Source of the DNA: Candidatus Micrarchaeota archaeon
Lineage (GTDB): Archaea > B1Sed10-29 > B47-G15
Direction: 5' to 3'
Assembly (NCBI GenBank): GCA_003660975.1
Contig: QMVG01000002.1
Coordinates: forward strand, 53,850-117,849
DNA: 64,000 nt
How positions within the stretch are numbered: the stretch's first letter is position 1; every line of letters begins with the position of its first letter. Under the pieces are notes generated by a model that was not told the DNA's origin, searched no databases, and saw nothing but the letters and a program-made list of their open reading frames with translations. The translations under genes and the position numbers were made by a program. This document shows positions 40,907 through 49,206 of this stretch, piece by piece.

Positions 40907-41680
40907 ATGAGTAGGAAGGAATGGCCAGAAACCGGTGAATTGGTTGTAATTAAGATAAAGAGGGTTAGTCATTACGGTGCAATAGCAGAGCTGCTTGAGT
41001 ATCCTGGAAAAGAGGGTTTCATTCATATTTCAAATGTGGCCAATTCTTGGGTTAAAAACATAAGGAGTTTTGTTTCTGAAGGGCAGGTAAGGGTTGCTTC
41101 TGTAATCAGGGTAAATCCAGACAAGAGGATAGCAGACCTCTCTCTCAGAAAGATCTCCGCGCAGCAGGAGAAGAGGAGACTTTCTGATTGGAAGAGAAAA
41201 AAGAGAGCCAACAAGATATTTGAGAATCTCTGCAAAAAGCTAAAAGAAGACCCAGAAAAGGCATATGCGAAGGTGGCAGAGCCGTTAATAGATGTGTTTG
41301 GTGATTTGTATTCAGTATTTGAGAACATAAAGCTAAACGGACCTGAGGTTTTAGACGCTGTTAAGATACCTGAGAAATGGAAGAAGCTTCTAATAGAGTA
41401 TACAAACGAAAACATAAGCATACCTGAAGTAGAAATAAAAGGTGTGCTAACTTTGACAAGCACTGCTCCAGACGGCGTTGACTTGATAAAAAAAGCCCTG
41501 CTAAAAGCTAAGTCAAATAATGTTAACATATATTATATATCTGCCCCAAGATATGCCATTGAGGTAAAGGGAAAGACATATCAAGAAGCTGAAAAGAGAA
41601 TGGAGAAGGCCGTGGCATCCGTTGTTGATTATATGAAAAAGCACGGAGGAGAGGCTTCATTTGAAAGGATTAAGACCTAG
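40907..41680 (+). CDS. eif2a: Translation initiation factor 2 alpha
   Basis: S1 domain 'EGFIHIS..WVKNIR', 'DLSL', 'APRY'. Confidence 0.95.
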   Translation: MSRKEWPETGELVVIKIKRVSHYGAIAELLEYPGKEGFIHISNVANSWVKNIRSFVSEGQVRVASVIRVNPDKRIADLSLRKISAQQEKRRLSDWKRKKRANKIFENLCKKLKEDPEKAYAKVAEPLIDVFGDLYSVFENIKLNGPEVLDAVKIPEKWKKLLIEYTNENISIPEVEIKGVLTLTSTAPDGVDLIKKALLKAKSNNVNIYYISAPRYAIEVKGKTYQEAEKRMEKAVASVVDYMKKHGGEASFERIKT

Positions 41681-41684
41681 GCTT

Positions 41685-41831
41685 ATGAGATGTCCGAAGT
41701 GTGGCAGATATACTATGAAAAATAGCTGCCCTCTCTGCGGTGCTGAAACAGTCAAAGCAGAGCCGCCGAGGTTTTCACCACTAGACAAATATGGGGAGTA
41801 TAGGAGAAGATTGCTGTATGAAAGAAGCTAA
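41685..41831 (+). CDS. nop10: H/ACA RNP protein Nop10 (absent from ORF track)
   Basis: Hand translation MRCPKCGRYTMKNSCPLCG...PPRFSPLDKYGEYRR; an in-frame TTG at 41661 is an alternative start. Confidence 0.93.
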   Translation: MRCPKCGRYTMKNSCPLCGAETVKAEPPRFSPLDKYGEYRRRLLYERS

Positions 41832-42582
41832 AATAAAGGTTCTGGCAAGACCTAAATTGAAGAGACCGATACTCATAGAGGGACTGCCAGGTTTGGGTCT
41901 TGTAGGCAAAATTGCCATTGACCACTTAATAAGAAGCTTGAAGGCCAAAAAGTTTGCAGAACTTTACTCACCTCATTTTCCCCCAATAGTTATCATTATG
42001 CCAGATGGCAGCGTAAGAATGATAAAAAATGAGTTTTACTATGCCAAAATGCGCGGGAAAGCCAGAGATTTGATACTTCTCACAGGAGACCATCAGGGCC
42101 TCACTGTAGAGTCATTTTATGAACATGCTGGCAAGATTATAGATTTCGCTAAGAGATACAGGACCAGCCTTGTTATCACTTTAGGGGGCTTAGGCACCAA
42201 AAAAATAGTCCAAAGACCCAACGTCTTTGGGGCTGCGAGCAGTAGCGGCTTGGTAAAGAAATACCAAAAGTACAACATCAAATTTGATAGAACAGGGACA
42301 CAAATAACAGGGGCTGCTGGTCTGCTGCTGGGTCTTGGCAAGCTAAAAGGAATAGACGGCCTCTGTTTAATGGGAGAAACTCATGGCAATTATGTTGATC
42401 CAAATGCTGCAAAGGCCGTGTTGAAAGTGCTTGAAAAGATACTCAATATAAAGCTTACATATAAGGAATTGGACAGCCAATCCAAGCAGATGAAGGAAAT
42501 GTTTAAGAAATTGAGAGAGATACAGAAAGCGCCTCAGAAAACGGAGACTGGAAAGCCATTAGATTTATCTTACATAAGATGA
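41818..42582 (+). CDS. PAC2-family proteasome assembly chaperone
   Basis: 'EGLPGLGLVG', 'TLGG', 'LMGET', C-terminal YIR; follows nop10. Confidence 0.9.
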   Translation: MKEAKIKVLARPKLKRPILIEGLPGLGLVGKIAIDHLIRSLKAKKFAELYSPHFPPIVIIMPDGSVRMIKNEFYYAKMRGKARDLILLTGDHQGLTVESFYEHAGKIIDFAKRYRTSLVITLGGLGTKKIVQRPNVFGAASSSGLVKKYQKYNIKFDRTGTQITGAAGLLLGLGKLKGIDGLCLMGETHGNYVDPNAAKAVLKVLEKILNIKLTYKELDSQSKQMKEMFKKLREIQKAPQKTETGKPLDLSYIR

Positions 42583-42586
42583 TCGA

Positions 42587-43813
42587 ATGAAGATTATAGC
42601 AGATCTTCATCTGCATTCCCATTTTTCAAGAGCCACAAGCCCAAAAATGAACTTGGAGGGCATATCTGAAGGTGCAAGGAAAAAGGGTTTGAACCTATTG
42701 GGCACTGGAGATTTTACTCACCCAAAGTATTTTGAAGAGTTAAAAAGAAAACTGCTGCCAAGCGATAATGGGACAGGCATTTATGAGTATAACGGCATTC
42801 ATTTCATGCTTCAGGTTGAGATATCATTAATATATCAACAGGGAGGGAAGCAACGCAGGGTGCATCATGTAATATTTGCTCCAGATTTTGAGGCTGCAGA
42901 GCAGATTAACAGCATGTTTTCTAAGTGGGGGAGGTTAGATTACGATGGAAGGCCTATTTTTGGAAAATCATCTATGGAATTCATGGATGCTCTGATGGCT
43001 CTATGTCCTGATGCTTTTGTGGTTCCTGCTCATGCTTGGACACCATGGTATGGCATATTCGGAAGCATGAGTGGCTTTGACTCTTTAAAGGAAGCCTTCG
43101 GAGAACATGTGAGACATATCCATGCGATAGAGACAGGTTTAAGTAGCGACCCTGCTATGAACTGGAGGATAAGCGAATTGGATAATGTATCTCTGATATC
43201 AAATAGCGATTCGCACTCCCCATATCCTTGGAGACTTGGGAGAGAAGCAAATGTTTTCGACACGAAAATGACATACAAAGACATAACTAATACTATAACA
43301 ACCAGAAAAGGATTTGAGTATACAATAGAGGTAGATCCAGCCTATGGAAAGTACCACTACGATGGGCATAGAAATTGCGGCGTGTCTATGAGCCCTGAAG
43401 AAGCGAGGAAGCACAATAACATCTGTCCTGTCTGCGGCAAGCCACTTACCCTGGGGGTGGAACACAGGGTTGAGGATTTGGCAGACAGACCAGCAGGATA
43501 TAGACCAAAGCATGCAGTTGATTTTATAAAATTGCTGCCTTTAGCAGAGTTAATCGCCACTGCGAGAAAGAGGAGCTTGTCATCACCTACTGTTACAAAA
43601 GAGATGCACCAAATAATGAAAGATTACTCCGAGCTGTATGTGCTTACTGAAATGCCTGAAGATGAAATAAGGAAAATTGCGGATGAAAGCTTAGCAGAAC
43701 TGATACTCAAAAACAGGAATCAAGAATTGAAAATTAAACCAGGCTATGATGGTGTTTACGGTGAAATAATATTGGAGAGCGGAGCTCAGTCCTCGCTTCT
43801 GGATTTTTCCTGA
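42587..43813 (+). CDS. Endonuclease Q family (PHP domain) protein
   Basis: 'DLHLHS.FSRATS', 'GTGD', 'ETGLSSD', 'GKYH', C-terminal PIP-like QSSLLDF. Confidence 0.9.
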   Translation: MKIIADLHLHSHFSRATSPKMNLEGISEGARKKGLNLLGTGDFTHPKYFEELKRKLLPSDNGTGIYEYNGIHFMLQVEISLIYQQGGKQRRVHHVIFAPDFEAAEQINSMFSKWGRLDYDGRPIFGKSSMEFMDALMALCPDAFVVPAHAWTPWYGIFGSMSGFDSLKEAFGEHVRHIHAIETGLSSDPAMNWRISELDNVSLISNSDSHSPYPWRLGREANVFDTKMTYKDITNTITTRKGFEYTIEVDPAYGKYHYDGHRNCGVSMSPEEARKHNNICPVCGKPLTLGVEHRVEDLADRPAGYRPKHAVDFIKLLPLAELIATARKRSLSSPTVTKEMHQIMKDYSELYVLTEMPEDEIRKIADESLAELILKNRNQELKIKPGYDGVYGEIILESGAQSSLLDFS

Positions 43814-45078
43814 TTTAAAAACTCTACGATTTCTTCAATGCTTTTCCTGTACTCCTTTCCTTTTCTCATATCTCTCAGAGTGAAAATTTTTTCATTAATT
43901 TCTTTTGGTCCTACAATCAGGCAAAAAGGAATCTGTTTTGAAGAAGCATAGTCCATTTGTTTCTTGAGCTTCCTATCCATCAGGTCAATGTCACAATTAA
44001 TGCCCTGCTTTCTCAGTTTTTGGCATATTTTTATGCTCTCTTTTCTTACCTCATCTGTTGCAGAGGCTATGAAAACAGCTGTCTTGCTTGGCAGCTTTGG
44101 CAACATTTTCATATCTTTCATAGCATCTATTATTCTCTCTAGACCTATGGTCGTGCCTGTGGCAGGCAGTTCTTTCCCTGCAAAAAGCCCTATCAGTTTA
44201 TCATACCTGCCCCCACCCGTGATGCTTCCTACCTGTCCTTCTTTAACAACTGTCTCAAACACAAAAGAGGTGTAATAATCAAGCCCACGCGCCAATGACA
44301 AATCAAAACTGATAACCTCATCTGGCACTCCAAACAGTTTAACAGCTTCAAAGAAGTCCTCGCTTTCCCCCACGGTCTCTTTGCTCACATAGTCCTTTAC
44401 TCTGTCAAGCACTTTCTTTGGTTTTCCCTTTATTTTTATTATATCCATGATTTCCTTTACCTTCGCATCATCAACGCCCCTTTTCTTTAATTCGTCAATA
44501 ACACCCATTTCACCTATTTTGTCTATCTTATCAACAGCGACAAAAATATCTTTCTCATTTTCAATGCCCAGCTTTTTGTAAATTTCACTCATTAGTTTCC
44601 TGTTGTTAATCCTTATTTCAAAAGATTTGAAACCCACTGCTTTTAACACGTCATTTGTTATTGCTATTATCTCAGCATCTGCCAGCACACTTTTGCTTCC
44701 AACTATGTCAACATCACATTGCCAGAACTCTCTATACCTGCCCTTTTGCGGTTGGTCATATCGCCAGACCCTGCTTATCTGATACCTCTTGAACGGCACT
44801 GGCATATTCCTATTCATAGCCACATATCTAGCGAGAGGAACAGTTAAATCAAATCTTAAGGCAACATCTCTTCCGCCAAGGTCTTTAAATTTCCATATCA
44901 GCTTTTCCTCTTCTCCGTACTTTTTCATTAATACATCAAGAAACTCAACAGCAGGAGTTTCCAAGGCCTCAAAACCATACCTTTCAAAAACTTCCTTTAT
45001 TTTGGATATCACATATTCCCTTATCCTCATCTCTTCAGGAGAAAAATCTCTGGTCCCCTTAGGTATTGAAAGTCTCAT
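43786..45078 (-). CDS. hisS: Histidine-tRNA ligase
   Basis: 'PKGTRDF', 'LRFDLTVP', 'GRYREF.Q', 'RGLDYY', 'GGGRYD'. Confidence 0.97.
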   Translation of the reverse strand: MRLSIPKGTRDFSPEEMRIREYVISKIKEVFERYGFEALETPAVEFLDVLMKKYGEEEKLIWKFKDLGGRDVALRFDLTVPLARYVAMNRNMPVPFKRYQISRVWRYDQPQKGRYREFWQCDVDIVGSKSVLADAEIIAITNDVLKAVGFKSFEIRINNRKLMSEIYKKLGIENEKDIFVAVDKIDKIGEMGVIDELKKRGVDDAKVKEIMDIIKIKGKPKKVLDRVKDYVSKETVGESEDFFEAVKLFGVPDEVISFDLSLARGLDYYTSFVFETVVKEGQVGSITGGGRYDKLIGLFAGKELPATGTTIGLERIIDAMKDMKMLPKLPSKTAVFIASATDEVRKESIKICQKLRKQGINCDIDLMDRKLKKQMDYASSKQIPFCLIVGPKEINEKIFTLRDMRKGKEYRKSIEEIVEFLNQEKSRSED

Positions 45079-45097
45079 ATTGCACACCTTTCAGAAG

Positions 45098-45170
45098 GGC
45101 CCAGGCCGGGATTTGAACCCGGGCTGAGGGATCCACAGTCCCTAGTGCTAACCGCTACACTACCTGGGCC
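45098..45170 (-). tRNA. tRNA-His(GTG) with genomically encoded G-1
   Basis: Reverse complement G-GCCCAGG...AGGGA-CT-GTG-GA-TCCCT...CCGGG-TTCAAAT-CCCGG-CCTGGGC-C; G-1:C73 pair; full CCA not encoded. Confidence 0.97.
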
Positions 45171-45171
45171 A

Positions 45172-45194
45172 TTAACTATAACATTCTTTATTAA
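45172..45194 (-). promoter_or_regulatory. Shared upstream motif TTAATAAAGAA-N7-GTTAA (copy 2, tRNA-His unit)
   Basis: Same motif and spacing as 19069-19091. Confidence 0.55.
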
Positions 45195-45351
45195 GACATT
45201 ATCTTTTATATTGGCTATGAAACAGATAAATAAAATTAGAGAAATCTTTTCAATGCATATCGTTATGAAGTGAATCGCCCATTAATCCTCACTGCCCTTT
45301 TTCTACATTTTCTACTATATAAATTTATTTCGTGCATTTCATAATATTTTC

Positions 45352-46350
45352 ATGCGCAAAATATCTCTGCAAAGCAAGGTAAAAGGAATACCCCGCTGCA
45401 ATTGGTGCTACCACAGGTGTGTTATCCCCGAAGGTAAAACAGGCATATGCCACAACAACATAAATATAAATGGCGAGCTTTACAGTCAGGTCTACGGCAA
45501 GGCAGTTTCAATGGCAGTAGACCCAATAGAAAAGAAGCCACTGTATCACTTCCTTCCAGGAACAACAGCTTTTTCAATAGCCACGACAGGTTGCAATTTC
45601 AGATGCAAACACTGCCAAAACTGGGAGATATCCCAGGCAAAACCAGGAGATTTGCCAACACATGATGCAATGCCTGAAGACATAGTTGAAATGGCAGTGA
45701 GGACTGCATCGTCTTCTATAGCATACACATATAATGAGCCAACAGTTTTCTTTGATTACGCTCACGATACCGGCATACTTGCACGCAAAAAAGGTTTAAA
45801 AAACATTTTCGTGACAAATGGCTACATGACCCCAGAAGCAGTTGAGCTTGCTGCTAAGGACTTTTTGGATGCCTCAAACATAGACATAAAAGGAGACGAG
45901 AACTTTTACAGAAAGGTTGTAGGCGCTGATTACAACAACGTACTGGAAAATGTGAAGAATCAGTATAAAGCAGGCATTTTCATAGAGGTAACTACATTGA
46001 TAATACCAGGTTTCAATGACAATGCTGATTTTATTAGGGAAATAGCAGCTTTCCTGAAATCTCTTTCAAAGGACATACCATGGCACTTTAGCGCATTTTA
46101 TCCTGCCTACCAGATGAGGGATGTTCCTCCAACACCAAGAGAAACAATTTTGAAAATGTGCGAGATAGCAAAAGATGAGGGAATGCACTATGTTTACGCA
46201 GGCAATATATGGGATAGCGGTTATGATAACAGCTATTGCCCTTACTGTGGTGCATTGCTTGTAAGGAGAAAAGGATATGATGTTGAACTTTTAATCCATG
46301 AAAACAAATGCCCAAACTGTGGCAGGAAGCTGAATTTTGTTTTAAAGTGA
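45352..46350 (+). CDS. AmmeMemoRadiSam-type radical SAM enzyme
   Basis: 'DPIEKKPLYHF', CNFRCKHC, 'QNWEISQ', 'YTYNEP'. Confidence 0.92.
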   Translation: MRKISLQSKVKGIPRCNWCYHRCVIPEGKTGICHNNININGELYSQVYGKAVSMAVDPIEKKPLYHFLPGTTAFSIATTGCNFRCKHCQNWEISQAKPGDLPTHDAMPEDIVEMAVRTASSSIAYTYNEPTVFFDYAHDTGILARKKGLKNIFVTNGYMTPEAVELAAKDFLDASNIDIKGDENFYRKVVGADYNNVLENVKNQYKAGIFIEVTTLIIPGFNDNADFIREIAAFLKSLSKDIPWHFSAFYPAYQMRDVPPTPRETILKMCEIAKDEGMHYVYAGNIWDSGYDNSYCPYCGALLVRRKGYDVELLIHENKCPNCGRKLNFVLK

Positions 46351-46398
46351 GCGATACTTTTAAAATATCACATCTCTTATTACAAGGAGGGGGTGTAA

Positions 46399-47775
46399 AT
46401 GGAGAAAAAAACGAAGTATCAAAAATTAGCTGAAAAGATTCTAATGAAAAAAGAGAGCGCTTGGTTGATGTTAAGGAAAAATGAAGAAAAGAAGGTTTTT
46501 TCCTTTGCAGAGAGCTACAAGGATTTTTTGAATAAGTCAAAGACAGAGTTGGAGGCCGTTGAGACAATAAGAAAGATAGCTGAGTCGTACGGCTTTAAAG
46601 AGTATCCAAAAAGCAAAGTAAAGTATTATCTAATAAACAGGGGCAAAAACATAGCACTGGTGAAAAAGGGAGAGAGCATTGAAAAGGGTGTAAATATAGC
46701 TATATCCCATCTTGATTCTCCTCGCTTGGATCTGAAACCACACCCCCTTTATGAGGACTCTGATATCGCCTTGTTCAAGACGCATTACTATGGGGGAATA
46801 AAGAAATACCACTGGGTTTCATCACAGTTGGCTCTTCATGGTATTGTCATAAGAAAAGACGGTAAGAAAATTCATGTAAAAATAGGCGATTCAAAGAAAG
46901 ACCCTGTTTTTACAATTGCAGACCTGCTTCCTCATCTGGATAAGAAGCAAGAGGAAAAACCAATGAAAGAGGCTATAGAAGCAGAGCAGCTGAACATAAT
47001 TGTAGGCAATATGCCTGTTAATGACAAAAAGATAGATGAAAAGATTAAGCTGAACATAATGAAAATCTTGAACGAAAAATATGGCATAACTGAGGAAGAT
47101 TTTGTGACAGCTGAGTTGCACGCAGTGCCTGTTGCAGAGGCGAGAGACCTTGGTTTTGACAAAAGCATGGTAATTTCCTACGGCCAGGATGACAAGTCGT
47201 CTACTTATGCTGCATTGCTTGCCTTTTTAGAGGCGAAAGCAAAGAAGACATTGATATTTTTAGGAGTGGACAAGGAAGAGATAGGCAGTGAGGGCCCAAC
47301 TGGCATGAAATCATCCTTTATAGAGGAAGTCATAAGGACCCTGACAAAGCAGGATCCGCGTTTGCTACTTTCGCGCTCAAAGGTTCTGTCCTGTGATGTG
47401 GATGCTGCTGTAAACCCAACATTCAAAGATGTGCACGACACTTTAAATGCCAATTACCTAGGTAGAGGGCCAGTGGTTGCCATGTATACAGGATATGGCG
47501 GCAAATACAGTGCAAGCGATGCAGGAGCCGAATATACATATAAATTGATATCAATATTAAGAAAACATAAAATCCCTTGGCAATCAGGGGAGCTTGGGAA
47601 AGTAGACGAGGGAGGGGGAGGCACGATAGCGAAATACGTAGCTAAGTATAACTGCGATGTTATTGACTTTGGTCCTCCTGTCCTAGGCATGCATGGACCT
47701 ATGGAAGTTGCCAGCAAGATAGATGTTTACTACACTTACAAAGGCATAAAAGCCTTCTATGAAGAGATGGAATAA
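46399..47775 (+). CDS. M18 family aminopeptidase
   Basis: 'HLDSPRLDLK', 'GQDD', 'KEEIGS', 'GGGGT', 'MHGP'. Confidence 0.92.
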   Translation: MEKKTKYQKLAEKILMKKESAWLMLRKNEEKKVFSFAESYKDFLNKSKTELEAVETIRKIAESYGFKEYPKSKVKYYLINRGKNIALVKKGESIEKGVNIAISHLDSPRLDLKPHPLYEDSDIALFKTHYYGGIKKYHWVSSQLALHGIVIRKDGKKIHVKIGDSKKDPVFTIADLLPHLDKKQEEKPMKEAIEAEQLNIIVGNMPVNDKKIDEKIKLNIMKILNEKYGITEEDFVTAELHAVPVAEARDLGFDKSMVISYGQDDKSSTYAALLAFLEAKAKKTLIFLGVDKEEIGSEGPTGMKSSFIEEVIRTLTKQDPRLLLSRSKVLSCDVDAAVNPTFKDVHDTLNANYLGRGPVVAMYTGYGGKYSASDAGAEYTYKLISILRKHKIPWQSGELGKVDEGGGGTIAKYVAKYNCDVIDFGPPVLGMHGPMEVASKIDVYYTYKGIKAFYEEME

Positions 47776-48390
47776 TCAAATCCACCCAAAAACAGCTGCT
47801 ATAAGCAGGGCACCAACACCACCAAGGCCTCCCATTATTGAGACAAGAAGCGTGAGGCCATTTATTGGGATTGCTATGCCGAGAATAAATTTGACCACAA
47901 GCAGAGCAATTAAGCCAGCGATAGCATTGGCCAAAAACTGCTTGAAAAGCCACAAGGCGACAAATGTTATTGCCAATAACAATAATCCAATTAAAACATA
48001 TGAGTAATTGCCTTTTATGCTTCCGATTAATTTCTTTACTTTTTCTGTTGTTCCCTTTTTTCTTGGAATGTATGTGTAATTGACTTGGTTTTCATCTGTC
48101 CCATTGCTGAAGAAAAGGGAAAGCGTTTTGCTTTCTGCTGAGCTCAACACAAAAACATAACCCTGTTCCACAGGATTTACTGTCAAATTCTCGCCGTCTA
48201 ACACTGCTTTTTCCAGTTTGTAATTGTCCTCTATGTTGCTTATCAGGCAGCTAACGTTTTCCCTTGAAGCCATTATCTTATGCCCCTCAATATTGGAGGC
48301 AGCACACTGTATGGTAAAAGCATTAACAGTAAGCAATGTTAAAAGCAGAGCCAAGGCCGGGTAAACACTTCTTTTAGAATATTTTGGCAT
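47776..48390 (-). CDS. Membrane protein with exported N-domain and BofA-like C-terminus
   Basis: Signal peptide; C-terminal 'N..AG..AL....IPIN..TL....GG..GV' pattern. Confidence 0.65.
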   Translation of the reverse strand: MPKYSKRSVYPALALLLTLLTVNAFTIQCAASNIEGHKIMASRENVSCLISNIEDNYKLEKAVLDGENLTVNPVEQGYVFVLSSAESKTLSLFFSNGTDENQVNYTYIPRKKGTTEKVKKLIGSIKGNYSYVLIGLLLLAITFVALWLFKQFLANAIAGLIALLVVKFILGIAIPINGLTLLVSIMGGLGGVGALLIAAVFGWI

Positions 48391-48425
48391 ATGCTTATAT
48401 AGGTGCAAGGTTCCATAAATATCTC

Positions 48426-49058
48426 ATGGTTGAGTATACAAAGGAGCAGCAGCAAATAGCTCGTTCTTTGCTTAAAGGTCCGAAAACAATAGAGGAATTG
48501 AGAAAGGACCTTAACATGCCTACAGATGAGATATTAAAACATCTTAAAGAACTAATAAAGCTAAAGGTTGTGGAAAAAAGTGGCTTCCCAACCAAATACA
48601 AGCTTCTGGATGTAATTGTTAACAGGGTGAAATCAGGAAAAGAGAGCCGCCTAAGCGATTACCCTTATGAGGTGCTAATGATAATAGAAGGCATGAGCAG
48701 TGATAAGGAAGCTCTTGAAAAGCAGATGCAGATGCTAAAGGAGAAAATAGAATCAGAGAAAGGCATTGACATAATAAAGCTGAACTTGGCAGATGTCGTA
48801 AAAAATGAGAATAACTTCACTACGTTTATCAGCCTGCAGTTCGGCTGTGAGACATTTGCCGATTTGATTAGGATGATTATACAATATGGCCCTTCCAGCG
48901 TTGAAATTCTAGCTCCGCAAGAAGCTGAATTGTCAATAAGAGAAATGCAGGAAATTTCAAATGACGTGATGTCTGCTGTCCATTACTACATCACACTTAT
49001 AGTTCAACTCAAGCAGGCCATGGGGAAAATGGCAGAAGGAGGGCATTTAAACAAATGA
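48426..49058 (+). CDS. Winged-helix domain protein
   Basis: N-terminal 'GPKTIEEL...LKELIKLKVVEK' wHTH; C-domain with 'YGPSSVEILAP'. Confidence 0.7.
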   Translation: MVEYTKEQQQIARSLLKGPKTIEELRKDLNMPTDEILKHLKELIKLKVVEKSGFPTKYKLLDVIVNRVKSGKESRLSDYPYEVLMIIEGMSSDKEALEKQMQMLKEKIESEKGIDIIKLNLADVVKNENNFTTFISLQFGCETFADLIRMIIQYGPSSVEILAPQEAELSIREMQEISNDVMSAVHYYITLIVQLKQAMGKMAEGGHLNK

Positions 49059-49099
49059 CGAAGTTGTGCCTGACGTTATCTGAAAACCGCACCACAATA

Positions 49100-49199
49100 T
49101 TTATAAACCCTATCAATATCATTTAATCCACAGATATGGTGGGATAGCCATGTCTGTTGATAACAAAGAATAAATCTTTGTTCGATAAAAACGAGGTGA
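49100..49199 (+). promoter_or_regulatory. S-layer gene promoter and structured 5' UTR
   Basis: TTTATAAA at 49100-49107; hairpins 49131-49156 and 49162-49182; GAGGTGA RBS at 49193-49199. Confidence 0.65.
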
Positions 49200-49206
49200 A
49201 GAAAGC

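Noticed and set aside
37783-43813. Replication-translation superoperon as a novel system
   Set aside because: The priS-GINS-L44e-S27e-aIF2a-Nop10-PAC2 order is a well-known conserved archaeal cluster.
49054-49084. ATGACGA...CTGA...CTGA as a C/D box RNA
   Set aside because: Spacing is too short for guides, there is no C' box or terminal stem, and it overlaps a stop codon.
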